Position numbers and translations under genes: made by a program. The notes under the pieces are model-generated. The model was not told the origin of the DNA. It was given only the letters and a program-made list of their open reading frames with translations, and searched no databases. DNA of 46,553 nt, the filler included, from Jimgerdemannia flammicorona (Eukaryota): the NCBI GenBank assembly GCA_003990765.1. It is 2 parts of 2 records of this genome, joined end to end, with 100 filler letters (N's around TTAATTAATTAA, not from the genome) between each part and the next. Parts side by side here need not be neighbours in the genome. Positions count along the whole stretch, not along the records: positions 23,331 to 46,553 come from RBNJ01001135.1; 1 more part is not named here. One strand, given 5' to 3'. This document shows positions 35,869-46,553 of the stretch, piece after piece (position 1 is the stretch's first letter; every line of letters starts with the position of its first letter).

Positions 35869-36335
35869 TGTAATAATTTCACAGTTATATTTAGTCTTAG
35901 TATATTTTTATATCTTTTAATTAGTCTTTTATTATCATTTTATAAATATTCTACTATGTTCTGCTATCTTCTACTTGCTTAGAAACCTTCTCTCAGCACT
36001 CAGACACTACTAGAATATTCTTGTCTTTCCTTAGCACTAAGTATCTTATCTTAGCTAGTTAAGGAACCTTTCAGAACATTGTAGAATAGTATTAGTCAGC
36101 TTTGCCAAGAATCTATTTCTTAGCATTTCTCTTTTTTTTTTCAAGATCCTTCTAGATCTTTCCTTCAAATCCTATATAAATATCCTTATTCTCTACCTGA
36201 ATAAAGCTCAGAATATTTTTCTACCAGAAATCTTTCAAGAATACTTAAACTTTTAAGTATCTCTTCAAGCTACTTTAGATCAACTAGAACTTTCAGATTT
36301 AGCTACTTTTTCTTAAAGAAACTAGAACTGTTACA
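35869..36335 (+). repeat. 3' LTR (TGTAAT...TTACA)
   Basis: Collinear with 24386-24828, with a ~24-nt extra segment. Confidence 0.92.
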
Positions 36336-36850
36336 ATAGGCTTAAGAAGTAGAGCCTTTTTTATTAAACAGTACTTAACTGAAACCAAAAGCTAATATAA
36401 TAATATAATTGAGGTCTATAGATTCAGAGAGTGAGATTGGAGTCTTTTTAGATTTTAGTCTATATATTAGTCTTTTTAGAGAGATTTTTATATATTAGTC
36501 CTATCTTACTTCTTATTAATTAATTAGAGAGTTTTTCTTTTACCTTGGGCTTTTATTTAAAGTTCAGAGGACTATTTTTTATTTAGTTCTAATATTACTA
36601 GATCTGATATATAGATGTGCTCTCATAGTAAATAGACTGATAATCTAGTCTAATGAGTAGACAAGTCTGATCTATAAAGTAAGAAACAGTATATCTATTA
36701 TATATAGCTGAAATAGTAAGACTACTAGATAATTTGATAGCCTAGATTAATAGAGAGATAGTGCTCAGAGAGGTAGAGAGAGGGGGGAGGAGGGTTTTAG
36801 TCTATATAGTCTAGATTCTCTTTCAATAAAAATCTATAGAGACTTAATTC

Positions 36851-36854
<4 letters not shown>

Positions 36855-36923
<69 letters not shown>
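36855..36923 (+). repeat. 69-nt uninterrupted poly(A) tract
   Basis: Directly visible. Confidence 0.95.
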
Positions 36924-36925
<2 letters not shown>

Positions 36926-37559
36926 GTATTCTACTGAGCTATCAGTTATAGAGAAATTCTTTGATAGTATTCAAAATATCATACAGATCTACTTATTATG
37001 AATTTTATACTTTAGAGCCTATTAATACTATACTAAGTTTCAAAAATACTTTAAGTTAGAGTAACTACTAAATTAAAAATAAGACATAACTAAAGAAAAA
37101 TATATTACCAAATATTAGATATTATATATCCAAATTACTATTATTAAATGAGTTTACAAGCTATTTAAAAATAATGAGCCAGCTTTAGCTCATTTCTAAG
37201 AAGTAATCTTAGGAGATTTTAGATAAATAAAATAATACTATTAGAAAAATATAATTGAGTAAATCATATAGTACTAGAATATATAACTGATGGAAGCTGG
37301 AAAATTTGAATAAGATAATTTAGAGATAAAATTATTTATTTAAAAGAAAGTTATAATAGTTAATCTAAATTAAAAATAAGAATCAGAAGATAGAAATTTA
37401 ATTAAGATATCTAAATCTGATTTTTAATATATAGTATAGTGTATATTATAGTTAATAGTTATCTAATCTCATAGTTATATAATTTATATAATTATATAAA
37501 TTATACAGATATATTGATCTTACAACTATATAAAATAATTTATAGGAAAAGAAGTCTTA

Positions 37560-37800
37560 ACTTAGCTATCATATAGCTAATAAACTTATAAATATATATA
37601 TATATATTTAGTATTTAGAGTAAATAAACCTTATATTCAAATAGTTCAAAGTAAAGAGATAAGAGAACTAGTAAGTCTATAAGTAGATATACTTCAAACT
37701 CACCTATCTCTATCTTAAGAATTCTAAAAAGTTAAAGAAGATTAAGTATTTAAGATAAAAAAATCTGTCATATTTCTAAGATTATATATTTACTATATTA
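37560..37800 (+). repeat. Heavily decayed LTR fragment of the 38505-41982 family, opposite orientation to that element
   Basis: aaatagttcaaagtaaagagataag..aactagtaag is the reverse complement of the young LTR sequence. Confidence 0.75.
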
Positions 37801-37969
37801 TATATATAATATAATATATAACTGAGTATTTTTCTTAGATTATATATATATATATAAATCTAAATAGTTTATTATTTTATTAGAGAAAATAAACTATTTC
37901 TAGTTATTAATAATTAATTTTAATATTTAATAATAAATTTATATTATACTTTAATATTGTAATATTATA

Positions 37970-38400
37970 GATATAATCTAAAAAGATGACAAATTTCTTT
38001 ATCTTGAATACTTAATCTTCTTTAACTCTTTAAGGTTTTTCAGATATAAAGATAGATAAGATTGAAGTATATCTGTCTACAGACTTATTATTTTCTTTAT
38101 CTTTTTATTTTTGAACTATTTTAATCTGAAATTAATTCACTCTAAATATTAAAAATAAATAGATATAATCTAAAAAGATAACAGATTTCTTTACCTTGAA
38201 TACTTAATCTTTTTTGACTCTTTAGAGTCTTTCAGATATAGAAATAGATAAAATTGAAGTATATCTATCTATAGATCTTTGTTTTTTTTTTTTTTTTTTA
38301 AACTATTTTAATCTGAGATTTATTTACTCTAAATACTGAAAATATTTATACAAATTTACTAACTATATAATAGCTAAGTTAGAACTTCTTTTTCTATAAG
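37970..38400 (-). repeat. Two tandem decayed partial LTR copies of the same family
   Basis: The block atttctttatcttgaatacttaatctt...ttgaagtatatct occurs twice with a period of about 190 nt and is homologous to 38540-38710. Confidence 0.7.
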
Positions 38401-38504
38401 TTTTTACAACTATAAGATTCTTATATCTGTAGAATTCTTATAATTATAAGTATCTTATAAGTATAAAATTCTTACAATTGTAGAATTCTTATATTTATAA
38501 GTAA

Positions 38505-38972
38505 TGTAACATAGCAGACACTTACTCTTGAAAGTATGTCAGATTTCTGTATCTTGAAAACTTGACTATTCTGACTCTCGCAGAGTCTCTTGAAGTTGCA
38601 GAGGAGGGTGGGTGAGTTTGAAGTGTATCTGCCTGCAGGCTTACTAGTTTCTTTGCTTATCTCTTTACTTTGAACTATTTCGATCTGAGGTTTATTCACT
38701 TGAAGATACTGGGTTATTTATATAAGTTTGCTAGCTATGAGATGGTTACTGGGTTACGTGGCTAAGTTATGAGTTATTTAACACTTTGCGAAATGTTTCG
38801 CCAGTTGCGAAATGCTATACTATATCGGGGAACTCGATCTTGCACTTTGTGAAATATTTAGCAAGTTGCAAAATCAAGAACTGTTAACTATGTGGCTATA
38901 CTACTTTGGGACTGGGTGCGATCAAGTGTCTATTCTCTATTTCCTTCTTCCAAATCTGGCTATACGGTTACA
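38505..38972 (-). repeat. 3' LTR (468 nt)
   Basis: Near-identical to 41515-41982. Confidence 0.95.
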
Positions 38973-39087
38973 ACTTCCTCCTGAATAGATGATCTTGTCC
39001 CTAAAGCATCTATTCAAACTCCCAAGCTTCAATGGTCTGTATGGTCTTATATTGCGCAATTTGTTGTATTACTGTTTCTCAATAGTG

Positions 39088-40110
39088 TCATCTGACTCGG
39101 TTGAAGTCTGAGAGAGTTACTCCTCCTTCAATTGTAATTTCACTTCTAGCCAAGCTGCTTCTTGTCTTGAGAATCCCGACATGGTCCTTTGGGATGGTCA
39201 TCTCCAATCTGGTTGCAAGTAGGGTGGTTGTCTGGGGTTCCAGTACAGTCTCTTCTACTATAGCAATGTCCATTCTAGCTGCATTTTCTGACTTGTATTC
39301 TGGCAAGACTGCATCAGGGTGGATCTTTCGGATCTTGACCTTGATTTCTTCTTCATCATCACTATCCTCCAGGAGAGCTAGTGGTTCATCATCTTTCTCC
39401 TTCTCTTCTTCCTTGATCTGTTTTTCAAGAGCTTTCTGCCTTCTTTCCTGGTGGATCTTTCTGATTCCGATGGTACACTGGTAGCAATCGTTGACGTGCT
39501 CCATGCAATACATCTTGATCCCATGAGGATACACTCCTTGTGGGGCATAACCTTCTGTGATCTTCTTACACCATTCTTCTTCACTCATCCATCTGACTTT
39601 CTTCTTCTTTGGAGTAGTTACCATATAAGCTTCCTCTTGCTCGCTCTCTTCTTCCTCTATGTCAGGCAGGACTCCTTTGTTGACATTGATGAGAATTCGT
39701 ATCTTCTGTCCCCGGTAGGTGATCTGCATCTTCTGGGCATTGAGGTCAATTACTGCCTTGGCTTTGTGAAGCCATTGGTTGCTGATGAGGATGTCATAGT
39801 TGGTGGTGTTGGTTACGATTACATCTACTAGGATGGTTGCTCCTCCAATTTTGATGGGAACATCTCAGATCTTTCCCAGAGGTGTGGCTCTTGTGCCATC
39901 AGCTGTGATGAACACCAGCTTTGTTGCTTCTTCTATATCTCAACCTAGGTGGTCTGCTGCCTTCTTGCTGAGGAGGCATCCTCCTGCTCCCATATCAATG
40001 ATGGCCTCAAAGATTCTATCTTCGATTTGGCATGTTGCATATGCAGAGGTTTTGTGATTGTCCTCACTTTCTTCTCCTGAGTCTTCTTGAGCATTATTGG
40101 CCTTGGTTAT
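39088..40110 (-). pseudogene. Aspartic protease followed by linker and N-terminal half of dUTPase
   Basis: EAIIDMGAGGCLLS (DTG mutated to DMG); IRKIHPDAVLPEYKSENAARMDI (dUTPase motif 1); GILKTRSSLA (motif 2); cut off at EGGV (start of motif 3). Confidence 0.85.
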
Positions 40111-41410
40111 CTTCCATCCTTGTTCCTTAGTTGTTTCAGTAAGTCCAAACCTCATTTGCTGTCTGAATGTTGGGATTTCTGCAAGCTGACCAAAGGTTGC
40201 ATTGACCTTTTGTTGGCTGAGGTTCTTGAAGATATCATACTTGAAGGTCTTGGTCTTGCGAAGCTTCTTCTCTTTTTCTCCCTTACTGGCTGGAGTGGTT
40301 CCTCGGATGATATCTTGAACTGCTTGCTCCAGCTCTATATCTTGGTCCATCTCTTTGGCTTGGCTTTCTGTGGCAGTTTCCATCTGCTTTTCTACTGGGT
40401 TCTTCTTGGGTCTTCCTGGTGGTCTCTTGTAGGGTTCTTTGCAAGCATCCTTCTTGGTGGTCTGAGCAGGATAGGCCTCCCATTCTTCTTCGTCAGAATC
40501 TCCGATCTCCTTGAAGGTAATTATATTGGCCTGCTCCTTGTTTCATGTAGCATTGCTTGGTTGAGCCTTGCACTTGGTTTCGCTCATGCATTCATAGGAG
40601 TAGTGGCCTTCTTCTCCACAAGTGTAGCAGGTATCTTTCTTCTTGTCTGAGGTGGCCACAAACTTCTAGACAGGGCGGCGGTCTCTTCCTCGAATTTCCT
40701 TTACCATGTCTCCCAGGTGGGCAGTCATTTCGGCAAACCTTTTGGCAAGTTCCTCCATAGGGTCACTATTCTTTTGCTGCTCTGTAGCTTTTGGCTGAGG
40801 TGTGTTCTGATTGATCATTGTGGTAGGGATCACACTGGTTGCCTTGGGTGCCTCGATTCTGACTTCTGTGACCCTTTCCATTGTATGGTCTTGTGGATGT
40901 CTGGCTATCCAGTATCGCTGAGCATAGGTGACCTTCTATAGCAGATCCAGAATTACTGGTGATGAGTGGATCGCTATAGCTATTTCTGGGTAGACTCCTT
41001 TTATGAAGGTTGCTTCGGCTACTTGGTCTCGGATAGCAGCAGCATAATCTGCAAGGATTATCTGATATCGAATTCTGGTATAGAATGTGTTTGGATCCTC
41101 GCTCATTCCTTGGCATATTATGTTGAGCTGATCCTTTAGGGCTTGCTTGATCTTGTCTGTGTAATATGTGTTTCAGAGCCAGGTCTTCTATGCTGTCAGT
41201 ATAGCATCGGCATCATTTTCTGCATGGGTTGCAGCTATGAATGCTGCTCTGGCAGGGCCTCATAGGCTGAAAGGCATGAGTGCTACTTGCTGTGCTGCTG
41301 TCAGGGTCCTTACAGCGGCATACTGCTCGAAATCATCAATGAAGGTGATGATTGATTTGTCTGAGGTATATCCGTGGAATACTGGTGGTCTCATATCCAT
41401 CTTGTCTGGG
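40110..41410 (-). pseudogene. gag: gag with intact CCHC knuckle and FGQL motif, several stops
   Basis: The reverse complement of ~40588-40632 encodes CYTCGEEGHYSYEC. YDIFKNLSQQKVNATFGQL lies in ORF 39940-40383. Confidence 0.8.
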
Positions 41411-41514
41411 TATTGGGGCTCGGTTTGTATGGTTGTTTGGGTGGTGGCAGTTGTTCATTGTTAAGCTTGAAAGTGAGGGATTCGTCTTGAATCACCAGCC
41501 AATGGGCACCAAGT

Positions 41515-41982
41515 TGTAACGTAGCAGACGCTTACTCTTGAAAGTATGTCAGATTTCTGTATCTTGAAAACTTGACTATTCTGACTCTTGCAGAGTCTCT
41601 TGAAGTTGCAGGGGAGGGTGGGTGAGTTCGAAGTGTATCTGCCCGCAGGCTTACTAGTTCCTTTGCTTATCTCTTTGCTTTGAACTATTTCGATCTGAGG
41701 TTTATTCACTCGAAGATACTGGGTTATTTATACAAGTTTGCTAGCTATGAGATGGTTACTGGGTTATGTGGCTAAGTTATGAGTCATTTAACACTTTGCG
41801 AAATGTTTCGCCAGTTGCGAAATGCTATACTATATCGGAGAACTCGATCTTGCACTTTGTGAAATATTTAGCAAGTTGCAAAATCAAGGACTGTTAACTA
41901 TGTGGCTATACTACTTTGGGACTAGGTGTGATCAAGTGTCTATTCCCTATTTCCTTCTTCCAAATCTGGCTATACCATCACA
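41515..41982 (-). repeat. 5' LTR (468 nt)
   Basis: Near-identical to 38505-38972. Confidence 0.95.
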
Positions 41983-41990
41983 GTAACTAT

Positions 41991-42332
41991 TAGTACTTTT
42001 AAATAAATCAAATTAGAGATTTTTTAATTTAAATTGAATTAAGGTCTAATTTAATTCAAAATTTTTATTCTAACTTTAAAATCCAATAACTCAATAAAAA
42101 TATATTTAACTTTAATATTCTTTATTATACTATATTTCTATAATAAGATATATCTAATAAGCTAAAATTTATTAAATTTAAATATATTTTAATTGAGTTA
42201 TTTGAATTTTGAAAAATTAGATTTGAATTGAATTTTAAATTAAATTAAATTGATCTTTAATTTTCTTTAAATATTTCAAATCAAATTAAATTGAAATTAA
42301 ATTTAATTTAATTCAATTTATTCCAAGTACTA
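41991..42332. mobile_element. hAT-like MITE (~342 bp), near-palindromic
   Basis: Imperfect TIRs tagtacttttaaataaatcaaatt / aattcaatttattccaagtacta; 8-bp TSD gtaactat (41983-41990) / ataactat (42333-42340); additional internal inverted repeat. Confidence 0.6.
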
Positions 42333-42719
42333 ATAACTATTAACTATAATACTATACTATATTTGAAATCAGATAATTTAGATCAATTATCACAATATAT
42401 ATAATATAAAAAGTCAATATAGTTTCTTTTTTTTGATAACTATCTTTAGATTTTTAGATTTTTTTCTTTCTTTCAGTATTTAGTATCCTATCTTAGAACT
42501 AATATATATATTACTATTATATTAAAGTTCTTTTATAACTTAAATAATAATGATTATTTATTAGTTATTAATAAGTTAAAGTTTAATAATATTAAACTTA
42601 TAAAATAAGACTATCTATTATGATAGTTGAACTAAATTAAGAATATAAATTAGGAGAATAGATATTTGATTATGATATCTAAATCCAATTTCTAAATATA
42701 GTATAGCCTTATAAATAGC

Positions 42720-45700
42720 AGTTATTTTACAAATATAGAATTTTCACAATTATAGAGATTTTACAAATATAGAAGATCTATATTTATAAAAAGTAACTTA
42801 TAGGAAATATAGTCATAACTTAGTCATCTTATAGCTAGCAAACTTATATAAATATCTCCAGTATCTAAAGTAAATAAACCTCAGATAAAAATAGTTCAAA
42901 GCAAAGAAAAAGTAAGAGAACTAGTAAGCCTATAGGCAGATATACTTCAAACTTACTCACTATATCTCAAGAACTCTATAGAGTTAAAGAAGATTAAGTT
43001 TTCAAGATATAGAAATATAATATACTTACTCAGTTATATATCTACTATATTATAACTTAGTGCCTATTGACTGATAATTCAAGATGAATTCTTCACTTTT
43101 AAGCTAAATAATGAATAACTACTACTCAAATAACCATATAAATTAAATCAAAATATCCAAATAAGATGGATATGAGACTACTAGTATTTTATAAATATAC
43201 TTTAGATAAATTAATCATTATCTTTATTGATAATTTTAAATAATACATATACTGCCATAAGAACTCTGACAGTAAGATAGCAAGTAGTCCTTATATATTT
43301 TAGTCTTCAAGGTCTAGTAAGAGTAGTATTTACAACTATAATCTATATGGAAAATGATAATAATACTATACTAACAGTATAGAAGACCTAGCTTTAAGCT
43401 ACCTACTATATAGATAAAATTAAACAAACTCTAAAAAATCAGCTCAATATAATATACTAAGAAATAAGTGAGAATCTAAATATATTCTATACTAGAATTT
43501 GATATTAGATAATTCTTATAAATTATACTACTACTATCTGAGATCAAGTAGCTAAGATAATCTTCATAAAGAGAGTCTATCTAGAGATAGTTATAGCTAT
43601 CTACTCATTATTAGTAGTTCTGGATCTAGTACAAAAGGTCATCTATACTCAGTAATACTGGAAAGCCAGACATCTACAAGACTATATAATAGAAAGAGTT
43701 ACTGAAGTTAGAATTGAAGTACTTATATAAGATAACTAATATGATTTCTACTATAGTGATTAATTAAAACACATCTCAACCAAGAGCTACTAAGTAGTAG
43801 AGAAATAATGATTCTATAGAAGAGCTAGTTAAGAAGTTTGCTGAAATAACTACTCATCTAGAAGATATAGTAAAAGAAATCAGAGGAAGGGCCTATTGTT
43901 TAGTTTAAAAGTTTACTGCTATCTCAGATAAGAAGAGAGATATCTACTATATCAATAGAGAAGAAGACTACTACTTATATAAATATATAAGCAAAACTAA
44001 GTATAAGACTTAGTTAAGCAATACTACTTGAACTAGAAAACAGGTCAATATTATTATTTTCAAAGAAATTGGAGAGTCTGATGAAGAAGAATAGGAGACC
44101 TACTATAAGTATACAACTTCCAAGTTACTGAAATCACATATCACCCTCAGAACAAATTCAGAAATCATATGTAAAATTACAAAGCTGAGTCAAACTGAAG
44201 TTACAAAATACAAAGCTGAGTCAACTTGAAGTCACAGAATATAAGATTTACACAAATAGAATCTTATCAATCAGGATCAAAAGTATATATACTGAAAATA
44301 CAGATATGTTGAAATAAAGAACCATAATAAACTAAACAAATAACTATAACTCTTAAATATATATACAAACATAACTACTGAAATCTACAACTATATCTAT
44401 ACTGACATTTGGAATATCATTGTCAACTAAGTCACACCTTCTCTGCCCCTTATAAATATCCATAGCCTGGCATCTCTCTACTTTATAAAAGTCTGATGAA
44501 ATACCCTGAACATACTTAGTGAAGTCTACTGAATTGGACAAATCTCAAGCTACTATCAGATTGGTCATCTCCTAGAAGATATAGTTGAACACTACTATGA
44601 TATAGATATTATCCAGATGTCTCAATATTAGAAACTCATTACCTGTAAATACTAAGAACTCTTTTATGAATATAGTACCTTTATTCTCTATCTCTAAGTT
44701 ACTATTACTGAAATAGTTACTACTCTATCTTATGGCCAAATTGATGATATAGTACAAAAACTTAACTATAAGTATATTGAGTATGTTTAAATTACAAACA
44801 GACTTTTACTACACTCTAATGACTATATCCTGCAAATGCCCTAAGTTGGATATACTATAAAGAATATCTATAATATAATCTAGTTTGATAATAATAAAGC
44901 AGAAGATAATAATCTCTCTGATACTGATATGATCTCTAGCTAAGAATCTCTGCCAACTCTGATCACTCTACTAATCTTGCTAATAAACTTATAATAGTTC
45001 ATAACTATCTATAAGACCTATTGAGATAATAACTACTGACATAAGTACCAATCTATATTTATATCTAATTACTTCAACTATAATGAAGAGACTAAAAAAC
45101 ATAACCTATATCTCCAGACAACTCTTAAGATTGAATCAACAACCCCTTTTTCTGAGTATGAATGAAATAAACCATAGCTACCAGCCTACTACAACCCTAT
45201 AACTCATAGTATAATTACCTATAGAAGATATATAAACAGTGAATTCAATGAAAGTAAAAATGATATATCTCTTCTCTGCCTACTGATACCTTATCTAACA
45301 TATAAAACAGATAATGCTATCTTATATAATAGTAATATAGTCCTAATATACTACTATATAAATAAATAAGGAGACATAATCTAAGAACTGCTCTTCTTAG
45401 ACAACTTCTTTATCAGAGATGATATTATTAATAGTGATCTCATTAAAGACTATTCAGATAGTATTTAAATCTATAGATAGCTCAGTAGTCACTAATATAG
45501 TTAGATTAGCCTTATATAATATAATTGTATACTAACTCAATAATCAGATAATCTCTTGATATATTAGATCACACTTGTACTATGTGACTGTATTCTGACT
45601 CATCAAAGTACTAAGTACTATATCTATATTTAGCAAAGTTCAGAGAGTCCCCTATTAGTATAAATACCTGCTTCTCCAGACCTCAGAAACTCAGACTTGA

Positions 45701-46200
45701 ACAGACAGAAATATATATAAGAACTCCTGAATACTTCTCCACAATATCTCTTTACATAACTACTCTTAGTATAGCAATATCATAAATAGTAAATAAACCA
45801 ATTTAATAACCCACAAACTACTCTTAAGTAAATCTGTACTCTATTAGGTCCTACTTCTAACTAAATCATAAAATTTTCTAATTGAATATTGTCTACAGTG
45901 ATATATCAATTCAACTAAGCTGATCTTAGTTTCTTGAACTTTCTGAAATATAGAAAATTCTGAACATTCAGAACTAGTCTGAAAAAGGACTTTGGTTGAG
46001 ATATTAACTTAATCTTGAAATCAATAAGTATAGAGAATGTACTCTATATAAAATTAATCTTGACCTAAAGAAAATAGTCTTCCAGAACTATATAATAGTA
46101 CTTTTATAAGTAACTCTCTTATACCTACTCTATATAGACTACTAAGAAAAATATCTATAAGAAATTCTATAAGAGACTACTAAAGAGATCTAAGAAGATA
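42720..46200 (+). mobile_element. Old, heavily decayed copy of the 38505-41982 family (LTR to ~43055, PBS, gag), split by a solo LTR
   Basis: ataacttagtgcctattgactg is the decayed LTR end plus PBS. gag is collinear to 44103 and resumes at 46124 (cctac..gactactaagaa.. vs young cctgctcagaccaccaagaa). Confidence 0.8.
44104..46123 (+). mobile_element. ~2.02-kb solo LTR (or TRIM-like unit) with 5-bp TSD
   Basis: Ends TATAAG...CTTATA (decayed TGTAAG...CTTACA); TSD CCTAC at 44099-44103 and 46124-46128; TATA-like tataaata near 45659; no coding motifs recognised. Confidence 0.8.
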
Positions 46201-46553
46201 AGTCATACTCTTTCTGCTATAATTTATATTATACAAACTTCTGACAATACTTTCAATAAAGTTTTTAGAGTAAAGTTAATAATAACATAGCAACTAATAA
46301 GAGATTGAAGGAGTATACTGAGCAGAACAGCCCTAGTATATTTGACTGATAGTATATAGAGAGGAGTCATAACTTGAGAGGAAGTTATCCCTTAGATGGT
46401 ATTAATTTGCAGCCAAATATGGCTGCATTTTTATTATTTAAATAATTTGGTTATTATTAAATTTATATTTAATTTAATAATAATAATTAAATATTAAAGA
46501 TATATATTTAATATTTTATTTAAAAAAAATTATATCTTTTAAACTAAAATTAA

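Larger units (their letters stand above)
24386..36335 (+). mobile_element. Full-length decayed chromodomain Ty3/gypsy LTR retrotransposon (gag-dUTPase-PR-RT-RH-IN-CHD) with nested LINE
   Basis: Paired LTRs, 5-bp TSD ATAGG (24381-24385 and 36336-36340), PBS-like tagtagcagtgg after LTR1 (decayed TGGTAGCAG, iMet-type), and PPT aaggaggaagaga at 35856-35868. Confidence 0.93.
38505..41982 (-). mobile_element. Young 3.48-kb non-autonomous gypsy-type LTR element (gag-PR-truncated dUTPase; no RT/RH/IN)
   Basis: Two 468-nt near-identical TG..CA LTRs, 4-bp TSD GTAA (38501-38504 and 41983-41986), PBS TGGTGCCCATTGGCTGG on the minus strand next to 41514, and PPT aggaggaagt next to 38973. Confidence 0.93.

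Noticed and set aside
38472..41709. Duplicated 75/82-aa ORFs (MNKPQIEIVQSK...)
   Set aside because: They lie within the two LTR copies, use non-ATG starts and have no recognisable motif.
19..46123. The inverted ~1.5-kb repeats near the two window ends as TIRs of one giant (~46-kb) transposon
   Set aside because: The right copy is a self-contained 2-kb insert with its own CCTAC TSD inside an old gag gene, so the two are independent copies.

Overview
A gene-free, eukaryotic (most likely fungal; inference from the element types and the C->T/G->A decay) nested transposon cluster. No host gene is supportable. From left to right: (1) an inverted, truncated copy of a ~2-kb solo LTR and a possible copia integrase remnant; (2) five co-oriented L1/Tx1-like LINE copies (APE endonuclease + RT), all decayed; (3) inserted into the first LINE, an ~8.06-kb near-perfect palindrome (7541-15599) made of two head-to-head copies of an endonuclease-less Penelope-like retroelement. 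Each arm has ORF1, a -1 slippery site, a PLE-type RT and 336-nt terminal repeats. The palindrome turns exactly on a 15-bp inverted repeat and both arms stop at essentially the same nucleotide, as expected for an integrated fold-back (hairpin) replication intermediate. This is the standout observation. (4) An assembly gap with an artificial linker; (5) a full-length chromodomain Ty3/gypsy element with gag-dUTPase-PR-RT-RH-IN-CHD order, a 5-bp TSD, a 454-bp internal inversion and a nested full-length LINE; (6) a younger 3.5-kb non-autonomous gag-PR-dUTPase LTR element sitting among decayed copies of its own family; (7) a hAT-like MITE and a 2-kb solo LTR with its own TSD. All coding regions are disrupted, and coordinates in the AT-rich decayed regions are approximate.
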